From a virus: 64,000 nt of DNA. Made by a program: the position numbers and the translations under genes. This document shows positions 33,352 through 43,798 of the stretch, in pieces. Position 1 is the first letter of the stretch. The number at the start of each line of letters is the position of its first letter. Below the pieces are notes generated by a model. That model was not told the origin of the DNA, made no database searches, and was given only the letters and a program-made list of their open reading frames with translations. The stretch spans positions 68,739 through 132,738 of IMG/VR virus record IMGVR_UViG_3300041964_000072. One strand, written 5' to 3'.

Positions 33352-33816
33352 GTGACTGCAACCCTAATTAAGCCTCCAAGTGAGGAATTGCACTCAAGTA
33401 ATTTACACCTATCTGCATTGGTAGATCTTCTAGGGAAAAACTATCCTCATGTCCATGCAGATTTTTCCGGACGAAGTTATATTTCATTGACGGAAACCAT
33501 CGGGTATCTTGGCATAACTGTACCCCAAAAGAATTCCCTCTACAAAATAATTCAACGCCACTCACAGGACTTATCAAGAATCCTTGGGATACTGTACCTT
33601 CCTCCCACTTCACATGTCTATGCAATGAGTCGCAAGGTTCATTGTCGGGGGTACAAATATACTCCAGGAGCAGTATATGGTATAACGCTGCCAGCGCTTG
33701 CGTTCTTGTTGTGTATCTACAACAACCGCTTTGCCCGTAAGATTGGCTGGGTAAATGTAGCCAATCACACCTATGAGCAGAATGCGATTCGACTGCTAGA
33801 AAAGTTGGATCAATAA
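33352..33816 (+). CDS. Bro-N/antirepressor-like DNA-binding protein
   Basis: YISLTETIGYLG...SLYKIIQRH...VYGITLPAL resembles the Bro-N pattern. Confidence 0.4.
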   Translation: MTATLIKPPSEELHSSNLHLSALVDLLGKNYPHVHADFSGRSYISLTETIGYLGITVPQKNSLYKIIQRHSQDLSRILGILYLPPTSHVYAMSRKVHCRGYKYTPGAVYGITLPALAFLLCIYNNRFARKIGWVNVANHTYEQNAIRLLEKLDQ

Positions 33817-33916
33817 AAGTTTCCAATCGTCAACTACAGTGTTAAGAACCTCCTAGTCTGGTGCTAGGAGGTTTTTTTATGGGGAATACAGCATAGATCT
33901 GTCCGGAGTCAATACT

Positions 33917-34585
33917 TTGCTAACAACAACAAAACTGCTGTCCCCACCTATACAGGTTTTGCGGACAAGTACAACCCTTTTCCCAATCGAGATTTACCTA
34001 CCAACCAGCAGGGAATACCATACGATTAACATCGTATCTTCTCGAATGCTTTTCCCAATATTGGGAGGCGAATCCAAAAGAGAGGATGCGATCAAGGGGT
34101 ATCTTTTGTATGCCTTACGCAAGTTCATCAAAACCGAAATTTGTGAAAGACAATACATCTTTGGTATTGACAAACTGAGAACTGTCGAATTTGATTTTGT
34201 GGAAGGGGATAATGACAGGCTGCTTCAATTGACTATCAGCATGGATTACAGTAAGCCCAATAAAGCTTACGAAGGAATCTTCTATTTCCAAGGTTCCAAA
34301 TTAGATCGGGTAAACTGCCTCCCTCCTAGCATTTTTTCTGGACTTACCGAAAGCTTGAAAGCATATCTTCAACTTGAGGGTTACGCCTATGTCCGCCAAA
34401 TATCTGAACTCCAAATCAAGGACGTAAGGCAGTTGACAGGTACTTCATTAAGCGAAAAGCAGGAAGTTCTACTGTTTGAGGTTTTATGCGATCGCATACC
34501 ACGATATTTCATGTATCTGTACGGGGTGCATCTGTGCCAAGAAATACCTTCAAAACTATTCACAGACTATGTTTATGGAGCCTGA
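33917..34585 (+). CDS. Protein with RNA polymerase alpha-subunit-like segments (alphaCTD-like helix-hairpin-helix)
   Basis: LPPSIFSGLTESLKAYLQLEGYAYVRQISELQIKDVRQLTGTSLSEKQEV is in register with the RpoA CTD; GYLLYALRKF..ID..EF..EG resembles the RpoA NTD. Confidence 0.5.
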   Translation: MLTTTKLLSPPIQVLRTSTTLFPIEIYLPTSREYHTINIVSSRMLFPILGGESKREDAIKGYLLYALRKFIKTEICERQYIFGIDKLRTVEFDFVEGDNDRLLQLTISMDYSKPNKAYEGIFYFQGSKLDRVNCLPPSIFSGLTESLKAYLQLEGYAYVRQISELQIKDVRQLTGTSLSEKQEVLLFEVLCDRIPRYFMYLYGVHLCQEIPSKLFTDYVYGA

Positions 34586-35020
34586 ACTCAGTTATGACCA
34601 GCTTCGAGCAGCCTATGAAGATCAAGGAAAGCGCTTAAAGGAGCAAGAAAAACTACTCCAAGACTACAATCCTTCTAAGGTGACATTGACTCAGATCATT
34701 AATAATGAGCTGAATAAATACAACCCTGAAGGTGGGATTATTGAGCCAATCGCTTTTTTAAGTGTGCTTTTAGCAAAAACCACGGTCTACGATTTGAAGT
34801 CTTTTGCTATCACCATTGAGAATAATCTTCTTTGGCAAAATGCTCCCCAAGAGAGGCGAGAGCAAGTCTTACGCAGACTGATCAAAGATTATGCAAAGGA
34901 TTTGTACATTCGGAAAGAATCTATCAAGTCGGAGAACGCTTCTCCTCCTGCAAATCCTCTGTAAAAAGCGAATACAATAGAAATAAGATTTGATTTAGCG
35001 CATCAACGTTTAGAGATGCA

Positions 35021-35779
35021 ATGCTACTCCACAAAAGCAATTGCACCAATATGCCTGAATCATCTGAACTGCTTTCAGATAAGCAACAAGAGTCTTCGTC
35101 ACTTAACCTACCTATAGGTGGCAGAGTAGGAGTTACCCTCTCAAGTCCGGAATATGACAGTGATACTTTAATCGTCCCAGGTGCAAAATTTTTAGAAGCT
35201 TATAACTTAGATGTCAGAGATTTCGTAGAGCGTGACTATAATGGAGTGCGCTATATGTCATGGTCATACGCCTGGTATCTGCTCAAGCAGTATTTTCCCA
35301 ACTATTATGTGAGTTTGGAAAAGCCGCTTAGTGATGAGGGAATAGATTACTTCCCTACCCCTGGAGGGGCTGTATTACGTCCGTTTGTTGTTGATGCAAT
35401 GACGGGGAAACGCACTCAAGCGCTTTACTATCCAGTACAGGACTCCCGCCACAAGAGCGTAGCCACTCCTGACACGATGACTTTGAACAAGAACATCCAG
35501 CGTGCGTACACAAAAGCGATCGCATGTTATTGCGGAATTGGCTTAAGGCTGTACACAGGCGAGGACTTAGAAAACACAGAAAAACACTCCTACCTTGATC
35601 GAATCCGTGAATTAGCGGAAGAATATCGGGAGCTATATGGTGTGTATCCGGAACAGTACGATCAGATTCATTTAGGTCTTACCATCCCTCAGTTGACGAC
35701 AATCGGCAAGGCAATTTCTGAGAAAGTTAAAGAAAAAACTGCTCCAGGAGTTGCTAAGTCAACTACCAATAAAAAGTGA
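35021..35779 (+). CDS. Sak/Rad52-like single-strand annealing protein (DUF1071 type)
   Basis: YMSWSYAWYLLK and IQRAYTKAIA..GIGL.LYTGEDL. Confidence 0.8.
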   Translation: MLLHKSNCTNMPESSELLSDKQQESSSLNLPIGGRVGVTLSSPEYDSDTLIVPGAKFLEAYNLDVRDFVERDYNGVRYMSWSYAWYLLKQYFPNYYVSLEKPLSDEGIDYFPTPGGAVLRPFVVDAMTGKRTQALYYPVQDSRHKSVATPDTMTLNKNIQRAYTKAIACYCGIGLRLYTGEDLENTEKHSYLDRIRELAEEYRELYGVYPEQYDQIHLGLTIPQLTTIGKAISEKVKEKTAPGVAKSTTNKK

Positions 35780-36106
35780 TGGAAGCCAAAGACATAGCAA
35801 TCACAGTCATAAAACAAAAAGATGGCGTATGCCACGAACTTCAAGTTCTTATTCGAGCGACAATAGGGGAAGCGGTCGTAGAAGTCTTACAATCCATCGA
35901 ATTGGATGGCTATCCCCTCCGGGCACGGTTCATCAAAGAAGTTTATTCTCCTGACGCTTTACTCTACAAAGTTGACGTAAATAAGCTCTTTCCTTTATCA
36001 GATGTTTTGAAAAAAATTAAGGATACTTTGCAGCAAAAGTATACTCTTGTAATGGAAATTTGATGAAAAGAAATACAACAAAAAATGATGACTGAATTCT
36101 CAATTT

Positions 36107-36739
36107 ATGTTGAACACGATCCTCCTAAACGCGACGACTCCCGATGACGTTTTTTCTGAAACGGATGATAAAGGAATCATCACGTTTACTGCCGAAATTC
36201 CAGTAAAAATTGGTAACGTCGCAAGCCTCAAAGCAATATATAAAACGAAGCTGGGAGAGCTGAAACCTACCACTACCTACACAATGTTCGGCATTCTTAA
36301 GGTTGATCCTACTCCTACCATTGAAATAAAATGGTTGGACGATCATTCCAATCCCACAAAGGAAGCCATGCTACTGGCAGTGGGTACGGTTAAAAACCTG
36401 AAGGAAGTGACTACTGATAATGACAGTTTCACCTCTGCAAGCCTTGCGTGCCGTGGGGATGAAAAAGATGCAGAGACAGGGTATTACAAGACTACCTGGG
36501 TAGGATCTACCATCCCAAAAGGCTTGGCTCCTTACGTGAATAAGGACACCGTATTAGCGGTTTATGGACGTGCAAAGTTGCATAATTCGGGAGACAAAAC
36601 TTATGTCGATGTCTCTTCCATCCAAACCAAAATTGTTTCCAAAGGAGATGATAGTAACGGAGGAGCAAGAACCGAAGGGCGAACCACGGTTAAAGAAACC
36701 CCAGTCGTACCCAAAGCTCCCCCCAATCCTCTTTTTTAA
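36107..36739 (+). CDS. Single-stranded DNA-binding protein-like (tandem OB folds)
   Basis: Beta-rich sequence with an OB-like pattern, a flexible tail ending in PLF, and a position next to the annealase. Confidence 0.55.
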   Translation: MLNTILLNATTPDDVFSETDDKGIITFTAEIPVKIGNVASLKAIYKTKLGELKPTTTYTMFGILKVDPTPTIEIKWLDDHSNPTKEAMLLAVGTVKNLKEVTTDNDSFTSASLACRGDEKDAETGYYKTTWVGSTIPKGLAPYVNKDTVLAVYGRAKLHNSGDKTYVDVSSIQTKIVSKGDDSNGGARTEGRTTVKETPVVPKAPPNPLF

Positions 36740-36805
36740 GACCATTCTTCTTCGATAGATTAAAGCGGAAAGCTTCGATAGTCCGCTTATAAAAGCAGTC
36801 CTTCC

Positions 36806-37660
36806 GTGGAAAAAGAATGGTACGAAATTAATGGTCGAAAACTTTTTCGTGTTACTTCGATCATTGGTTTTTGTGAAAAGGCTGAGCAAAGTCCATCACT
36901 CCTGAATTGGCGGGAGCGAGAAGGGGAAGAGAATGCTGCAAGGATTACAAATCGAGCAAGCTCTATCGGCAAAAAAAATCACAAACTGTTTGAAAAGTTT
37001 TACGCTGACCCTCCAAAATTTCGTGAGTTATTTTACGAATATCAAACCAAAAGTGTCACTGACGAAATCTACCAAGATACCTTAAAGTACTGGCAGAATT
37101 GTGTAGAATTTGTTCGATTCTACAAATCAATGTTGAGTGAATTTCGAGTCGATTTTTTTGACCATTCTCTACAGCGAGGTTATGCAGGTACGGCTGATAG
37201 CTTCGGATACATGACAGAGAATGTACTCTTTTGGGATAAGCAATGTACCCAACAAATGAACATTGCTAACTCAAAGTTAGTATTCGACTTGAAAAACAAG
37301 GCACGGCATAAATTTGCAAAAGACCAGTATTTAATTAAGTACTGCTTGCAACTTGGTGCCTATAGCCTTGCCAAAAATACGATGCATCCTACGAGAGAGC
37401 CTGTACTAGAAGGCTTAATCTTAATTGCATCACCTCGACAAACGAATATCCACTACCTGAATGAGGCAAAGCTGAAATTCTATCAACAAGAGTTTCTGAA
37501 TTGCTTGGATTATTTCTACCGCAAAGACAAATCTTACGATTGGAAAGATTTGGAATTGCGTTGTGGATACCGTTGGGATGCTGAGCTGAAACGTCCCTTT
37601 TTCGACAAGGAACACACACTACCGACAAGAGTTTATCTGCAAGGAGCAACAAACCAATGA
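36806..37660 (+). CDS. PD-(D/E)xK exonuclease
   Basis: RVTSII, YAGTAD, FDLKN, QLGAY. Confidence 0.75.
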   Translation: MEKEWYEINGRKLFRVTSIIGFCEKAEQSPSLLNWREREGEENAARITNRASSIGKKNHKLFEKFYADPPKFRELFYEYQTKSVTDEIYQDTLKYWQNCVEFVRFYKSMLSEFRVDFFDHSLQRGYAGTADSFGYMTENVLFWDKQCTQQMNIANSKLVFDLKNKARHKFAKDQYLIKYCLQLGAYSLAKNTMHPTREPVLEGLILIASPRQTNIHYLNEAKLKFYQQEFLNCLDYFYRKDKSYDWKDLELRCGYRWDAELKRPFFDKEHTLPTRVYLQGATNQ

Positions 37661-38530
37661 CCTACGATATCCGCAATTACATTGATCAACTTACTGTGAT
37701 TAGTGAAACCAACTCTTCCTACCGATGCGTGTGCCGTATCTGTAAAGGGCATTCGTTTCAAAATCAGTAAAAAATCAGGGGCATACCGTTGCTTTACCAA
37801 CTTCTGCTCTCCGGATAAAATTCGGAAGATCATTAGTCCTAACTTTGTACCGACTCCAAAGGCATTTACCTATCAAAAGCCTCGGTATACAGGAGGAATT
37901 AAAGAACTAATTTCTCCCATTCCCCTCGATCTGAAAAATGCCACATTAGCGCGAACCCTTGATTATCATCGCCCAGTCCAGCGGGGCAATCGCATCTACT
38001 ACTACTACGACCAGTACCGAAGATTAGAACGAATTGAGCAGCCGGATGGAAAGAAGATTTTTCCTCAATACTATGCTGAAGGGAAATGGGCTTATGGAGT
38101 AGATGGGCAATGGCAAGCTTATTGCCCAGTCATCTCAGCATCAGGCAATATCTTCCTTGGGGTGGAAGGAGAGAAAACTGTTCATTCGTGCCTGGAGCAA
38201 GGCTATGCAGCGTTTACGATTCCTATGCACTGCTGGGGAGAGGATGCCCTCTACCCAATCTTGCGAGAACTCAAAGAGCAGTATCAATTGTCTGGGATCT
38301 TGTACTGCCACGACGCTGACACCCCTGGACTGCTCAAGGCAAAGGCTGTTGTAAAACAAGCCTGGAAGCTAGGGATTTCTGCCACATACATCAACACATT
38401 AGATTTATTGAGTGAGGATCAACTATTAGAGTTTCCTATTCAAGAAGGTTTGGATCTTGCGGATATATTCTCCAAATTTCCAAGATTTAATCTTGAGTAT
38501 GAACTTAGCCATAGAATCGAAATTACTTGA
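37657..38530 (+). CDS. Zn-ribbon + TOPRIM primase, split by a +1 frameshift near 37756-37759
   Basis: RBS and ATG at 37657 give MTYDIRNY...CRICKGHSF, which continues in the +1 frame as KISKKSGAYRCFTNFC; TOPRIM motifs VEGEKT and HDAD. Confidence 0.75.
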
Positions 38531-40091
38531 TCAGGTCACGGCTTATGAGAAGAGAATTAAGCAGATTGTTGAGATCAAAGCGCATCAAGATCTGTCTGCT
38601 CTAGCAAAAGAACTTGCTGTTCAACGCCAAAAAGAGGATATCCTTGCAGAGTTTACCGAGGTTTTCGGGATTGATTTAAGGCGGATTATTGATCGACACA
38701 TCATGCTGATGGAATCCGATACTATTCACATATCGGATAAGGCTCATGATGTTTTTGAGTTACAGGAGTTCTTGAAGCAAAACTTTCAAATGTCCTGGCT
38801 TGCCTTGAATTACTTTACTTCTGGCTCTTTGTATTTTTTGGCAGGGCGTGCCAAGGCAGGAAAAAGTGAATTTTCCAACTACCTTGCAAAATGTGTAGTA
38901 ACAGGACAACCTTTTTTAGGAATGCCTGTGAAACAAGGAAACGTTCTTTGGTTTCAGCTTGAAGAAAGTAATGCTTCTTTAGCACGTAAGGCTAAGAGAC
39001 ATGGATTCAAGGACATCAAATCTCCCTACAAAATCCACATAGTCCGCTCTTTGGATTTGCACAATGATTTCGCAAAATTAGAGCGCATGATAAAAGAAGT
39101 CAAGCCAGCGGTTGTATTTCTGGATACGGTTCGAGCGGCTATGAGTGCTAGTGGAATTTCAGAAAAAGCAACTGAATATGCTGATGCTTTCTATAAGGTA
39201 CAGGCATTAGCAATCAGAGAGAATACTACAGTAATTTGCTTGCATCACCGAAATAAAGCCTCAGCAAATCAGGGTGGAGGAGGTGATATTTTAGATTCCG
39301 TTGCTGGCACCAGCAAGCTACTAGGAATTGGTGATGGAACAGTAATTCTGGAAAGAGGAGGAAAAGATACAACTACTTCCCTGCATTTTATTACTCGTGA
39401 CACAGGCAGAAAAACTTTTGTTGTCGCCCGAATTATCGGCAAAAACCGAACTATTGATTACGAGTTGCGCGAAGAAAAAGACGTTGACGAAAATGTATTG
39501 CAGGTTGAAAAACAGATCATTCGGGTTCTTCTGAAACATAATTCGATGACGGAAGGGCAAATCAAGGAACACATATCAAGCTTTGATTTTGATAAAGCTC
39601 TGGATAGGCTAATTGAATCGTTTATTATTGACTATGAAACGATTGATGATCGCCTACATTTTCACATTCCTAAAGAATCTGAAGGGCTATGGAAAGGCTT
39701 TTTAGGTTCTAGTTTGGAGCGTGATATTGCCCTCGCAAATCAGTTGAGTGAACTTGCAACCCCAGAGGAAATACGAGCATTCACAGGAGATTGGTCGGCA
39801 GAGGATAAAGAGCGAATTTGGAAATTATTGTCCAAAGAAAAGGAACAATTCCCTCTCTTTTTAATCCTTAATCCCCCTAAATGGAATGGATTAGAATTGG
39901 AGATGGAAGGCACAGAGCTTATCGCAAAACCTGTACGGTATGACGACGATAAGGCAACCTATGTTTATAAACTTTTTGATTCACAAGGCGAGGAATACAA
40001 CAGCACAGAAATGATTGAGAAAGAACTAGAAAAGTATGGCACCACAAGCCGAATCGAACACGAAGCAGTACTTGAAGGGCAGACTATTTGA
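38499..40091 (+). CDS. RepA/AAA_25-type replicative helicase
   Basis: Walker A AGRAKAGKS, Walker B VVFLDT, LHHRNK, GTS. Confidence 0.85.
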   Translation: MNLAIESKLLDQVTAYEKRIKQIVEIKAHQDLSALAKELAVQRQKEDILAEFTEVFGIDLRRIIDRHIMLMESDTIHISDKAHDVFELQEFLKQNFQMSWLALNYFTSGSLYFLAGRAKAGKSEFSNYLAKCVVTGQPFLGMPVKQGNVLWFQLEESNASLARKAKRHGFKDIKSPYKIHIVRSLDLHNDFAKLERMIKEVKPAVVFLDTVRAAMSASGISEKATEYADAFYKVQALAIRENTTVICLHHRNKASANQGGGGDILDSVAGTSKLLGIGDGTVILERGGKDTTTSLHFITRDTGRKTFVVARIIGKNRTIDYELREEKDVDENVLQVEKQIIRVLLKHNSMTEGQIKEHISSFDFDKALDRLIESFIIDYETIDDRLHFHIPKESEGLWKGFLGSSLERDIALANQLSELATPEEIRAFTGDWSAEDKERIWKLLSKEKEQFPLFLILNPPKWNGLELEMEGTELIAKPVRYDDDKATYVYKLFDSQGEEYNSTEMIEKELEKYGTTSRIEHEAVLEGQTI

Positions 40092-40533
40092 TTTCAGAAA
40101 CAGGTTTTTTGTACTGGGTGAAGATAATTTTGAAATTGAGGTTTCACCCTCCAAAGAAGCAATACAGCAAATCCAAGAGCTACCCAACCGAAATAATCCG
40201 GTAGTGTTTGAAGGGCGATACGAAACATACCGAGGTGCCCCACTCCTCAAGCTTCGATATGCATCTCTTGTAGACATAGACGATTACACTCCGGAGTTTG
40301 ATATATCAGTCAAGGTTTTTGCAGTTTATAAGAATTGCATACGTGACTACAACCAAGAATATAACTACCTGCTTTCCAATGTGAAAACTGACAGCGGATT
40401 CTATAAATTGAAGCTGAATTTCACAGAGCTACCAACAACAGAATTAGTGACCAATCTTGTCACCTTCCGGGTACATCGAAAAGCAGATAAATTAATCGCT
40501 ACCGACATTCTTGAAATCAGAGAATTAGCGTAG
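40036..40533 (+). CDS. Hypothetical protein
   Basis: ORF in the replication module. Confidence 0.6.
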   Translation: MAPQAESNTKQYLKGRLFDFRNRFFVLGEDNFEIEVSPSKEAIQQIQELPNRNNPVVFEGRYETYRGAPLLKLRYASLVDIDDYTPEFDISVKVFAVYKNCIRDYNQEYNYLLSNVKTDSGFYKLKLNFTELPTTELVTNLVTFRVHRKADKLIATDILEIRELA

Positions 40534-40580
40534 CTGTTCAGGGAGTGGTTTGATACTCCCTTTATCATTTTGAGAAAAGA

Positions 40581-41945
40581 ATGAAAGTCGCTTCAAATGG
40601 CTGTAATTATTGGCAGTTTGATCACGGTATGGCATTTCTTGAGAATAAGTCTGATGCTTTAACGATTAAATGCCGAAAACGTGACAAAAAAACAAATCAG
40701 TATAGAACTGTTAGCTGGCTTCAGGTTTCATGGAGACAGTCACCTGTCAGGGTGTATGCCTGGTCAAGAAGGAAGGGATTGCGGAATGTGACTTATCTGC
40801 CACTACAATCTTTGTTGATGCAGACATTGAAATTTATTGGGCATGGGGGAAATGTTACTGATGTTTTACATTCCTACCAACACCGAATGAAAGAAACTAT
40901 CTACCAAGAGTTTGCAAAACATAACCTCAAAATTAAAGACAAAGAGTTTCCTGCCTATTACTATTGGGCTGGTTTTGATTGGTTGGATTACTATATACAC
41001 TCACAAAATCTTCCTTACCTCAATAATTTTCATGGATTCCACAAGGACTTAGCCGGAAGCCTTTCATTACCTCTCCCAAAAATTCTCAGAGAGGGATTAA
41101 AGGTTAAGGACGGAAATTTTAAAGAAGTCGTTCATCGTTGGTTTGGACGGAGCAATAAACAGCTTGTAAAAAGGCTGGCTAATCTATTGGGAAATCCTCT
41201 GTATGACAATCATCGGGTTTTGGGGAGAAACCTGAACCTAGTTGCACTTGCCATTTATCTGAGCAAGGACTGGGCGATTGACTATATCTATGAAATTTTA
41301 GATATTTTCTCTCAATTTCGATCCCAAATCAATATCAATGAATTGCATGAATTCCTGGCAAATTACACACCTCGACACGTCATTGATTCATTGAATCGCA
41401 ACGCTGATAATTTGGCATACCTTTCTACAATCGTCAAGAATTATCCTAAGTTAAAAAAGGCGGGAATTCCTCTACCGAAGCGACTATATAATTTACACCG
41501 ATTAAATACTAGGATAAACAACCAAATTCAAATACATGAGGCAGGTAAACGATTGGATGACAAATTACCAAATTCCTACTTCTACTTAGACGGTCTTCTT
41601 GTCTCGGAAGAACATAGTGATTTGGAATTTACAATCCCCAAAACTGTCGGTGATTTAGTTGACTGGGGAGATGAACTCTATAATTGCTTGGGAGCGTATT
41701 GGTACAGGGTTGAACATCGCCATTGTGATCTAATTGGATTAAAGCGCAATGGAAAATTGGAGTATGCATTAGAATTAACTCCAGATGAACGGGTTGAAAC
41801 TTTTTTGGGATACCGCAACAGAATCCCTTCTTTTGAAGATGATTCAATAGTTAGCAATGAATTAGAAAGGCATATTGCTTATCGCAAGTCATTAATAACT
41901 AGCAAAAATGATCCAATCCCTGCAACAGCTCCAATGCCCTGGTAA
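40581..41945 (+). CDS. PcfJ-like domain protein
   Basis: C-terminal PKTVGDLVDWGDELYNCLGAY...YALEL. Confidence 0.7.
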   Translation: MKVASNGCNYWQFDHGMAFLENKSDALTIKCRKRDKKTNQYRTVSWLQVSWRQSPVRVYAWSRRKGLRNVTYLPLQSLLMQTLKFIGHGGNVTDVLHSYQHRMKETIYQEFAKHNLKIKDKEFPAYYYWAGFDWLDYYIHSQNLPYLNNFHGFHKDLAGSLSLPLPKILREGLKVKDGNFKEVVHRWFGRSNKQLVKRLANLLGNPLYDNHRVLGRNLNLVALAIYLSKDWAIDYIYEILDIFSQFRSQININELHEFLANYTPRHVIDSLNRNADNLAYLSTIVKNYPKLKKAGIPLPKRLYNLHRLNTRINNQIQIHEAGKRLDDKLPNSYFYLDGLLVSEEHSDLEFTIPKTVGDLVDWGDELYNCLGAYWYRVEHRHCDLIGLKRNGKLEYALELTPDERVETFLGYRNRIPSFEDDSIVSNELERHIAYRKSLITSKNDPIPATAPMPW

Positions 41946-43746
41946 GCATCAGTACATTACCGAGTCAATCCCAGATGACGTTATTCAGGCAATCCGAAAG
42001 GAATCTATCGTAGGGTGCGACACAGAAACGACAGGTCTTGATCCACACAAAGACCGCTTGCGATTGCTACAAATTGCTGTTCCTGGTACGGTGTACGTTT
42101 TTGATTTCTTCAAGCTCAGTAAGGATGAGATTAGAAAACTTGAAGGAATATTTAAGGGAAAGCTTTCAGTTATTCTTCACAACGGTATTTTTGACTGCCA
42201 GTTTTTGTGGAAGCATGATATTGACTTATCGGACGCAAACTTCATCTTCGATACGATGCTTGCGTCTCAAATCGTGCATAACGGATTAGCTCTAAAACAC
42301 TCGTTAGCGGCTGTAGTAGAGAGAGAATTGGGGCAAGAGTTATCAAAAGAACAGCAAGCCTCGGATTGGTCTAAAGCAGACCTGTCGCCAGAGCAACTAG
42401 AATACGCTGCACTTGACGTAGAAATCCTCTTCCCTCTAAGAGAAAAATTGTTTCTCGAACTCATTTACTACGAGTTAATCGAGATTGCCAAAATAGAATT
42501 TCAGAATGTCTGGACACTCGCCGCTTTAGAATATAACGGCATCTATATCGATATCGATCTTTGGGAATCAAACCTACCAGAATATGAAGCGAAGATTGAA
42601 GAACTTGAAAAAGAAATCCTGCACAATCTTCCTGGAGTATTTGTACAACCTTCATTTGGAAGGAAGAGCGATAAATACTCTGCTTCAATAAATAGTCCAA
42701 AACAACTGTTATTGAAGCTTCAAGAACTGGGGATTCCAACTGAAAGCACATCAGAAGGAGAATTAAAACTTCTAGATTCTGAGCAATATCCTATTCTGGA
42801 ATTGATTGATAAATACCGAAAAACCTGTAAATTAGTTGGAACATATATTAAACCTTACAGGCAATTTATCAATCCTGTTACAAACCGAATTCACCCTAAT
42901 ATTTACCAGCTAGGAGCCTACACAGGAAGGATTGCTGCCACAAATCCAGCAATACTTACCATTCCTCGTTCAAATAACTTCCGTCGCTGCTTTAAAGGAC
43001 AAGGGGACAACTATTACCTAGATCATGACTATTCCCAAATTGAATCCCGCTTAACTGCTGTAGAAGCTGGAGAGCAAAAAATGCTCCAAATCTTCAACAA
43101 TGATTTGGATATTTATGTAGCTACAGCAGCCGACGAGAATAGTCTTACAATAGAGGAGTTCCATGCCCTAGAGTCCTCCATCAAAAAGGTTATGAGGCAG
43201 GGAGCGAAATCAGAAGTCTTGGGATTAGGGTTTGGAATGGGTGCGTTGCGATACCGGAATTACTGTAAAGAAGTATTTGGCATCCACAAAACCCTCGAAG
43301 AGGCTAAAAAGCAGCGGAATACTTTTTTGTACCGCACCTATCCTGGGCTTTCAGAATGGCATAAAAAATGTACTCACAACTATGAACAAAAAACCCAACT
43401 AACTAATCGCACTGGGCGCTTGTTCAGAGGAAAGATTACTTACAACAATGCGATTAATTATGGTGTCCAAAGTTTAGCGACGGACATCATGAAAGCAGCC
43501 TTGAATAATATATACTCTCACCTCAAAGAGTCGTATGGTGTCCCTCCACTTTTTGATCGTAGCCCTGTATTCCCGGTTGCGTACATTCATGATCAATGTA
43601 CGTTGGAAGGGGAAAAGGCAGCGCTTGAAAAAGAAAAAGAAATCATTGAAAAAATAATGATTGAAACCGCTGAACAAATGATTGATTATCAAGTACGAAT
43701 TAAGGTAGATGGGAGTATTGGTAAGGACTGGGCAGAGAGCCACTAA
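41908..43746 (+). CDS. polA: Family A DNA polymerase with 3'-5' exonuclease
   Basis: DTET, HNGIFD, YAALD; motif A DYSQIE, motif B RQGAKSEVLGLGFG, motif C IHDQ. Confidence 0.95.
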   Translation: MIQSLQQLQCPGKHQYITESIPDDVIQAIRKESIVGCDTETTGLDPHKDRLRLLQIAVPGTVYVFDFFKLSKDEIRKLEGIFKGKLSVILHNGIFDCQFLWKHDIDLSDANFIFDTMLASQIVHNGLALKHSLAAVVERELGQELSKEQQASDWSKADLSPEQLEYAALDVEILFPLREKLFLELIYYELIEIAKIEFQNVWTLAALEYNGIYIDIDLWESNLPEYEAKIEELEKEILHNLPGVFVQPSFGRKSDKYSASINSPKQLLLKLQELGIPTESTSEGELKLLDSEQYPILELIDKYRKTCKLVGTYIKPYRQFINPVTNRIHPNIYQLGAYTGRIAATNPAILTIPRSNNFRRCFKGQGDNYYLDHDYSQIESRLTAVEAGEQKMLQIFNNDLDIYVATAADENSLTIEEFHALESSIKKVMRQGAKSEVLGLGFGMGALRYRNYCKEVFGIHKTLEEAKKQRNTFLYRTYPGLSEWHKKCTHNYEQKTQLTNRTGRLFRGKITYNNAINYGVQSLATDIMKAALNNIYSHLKESYGVPPLFDRSPVFPVAYIHDQCTLEGEKAALEKEKEIIEKIMIETAEQMIDYQVRIKVDGSIGKDWAESH

Positions 43747-43798
43747 CCTACTACCTACCACCTGTCGCTGCATACAACAAAAACGACTTAAACTATGC

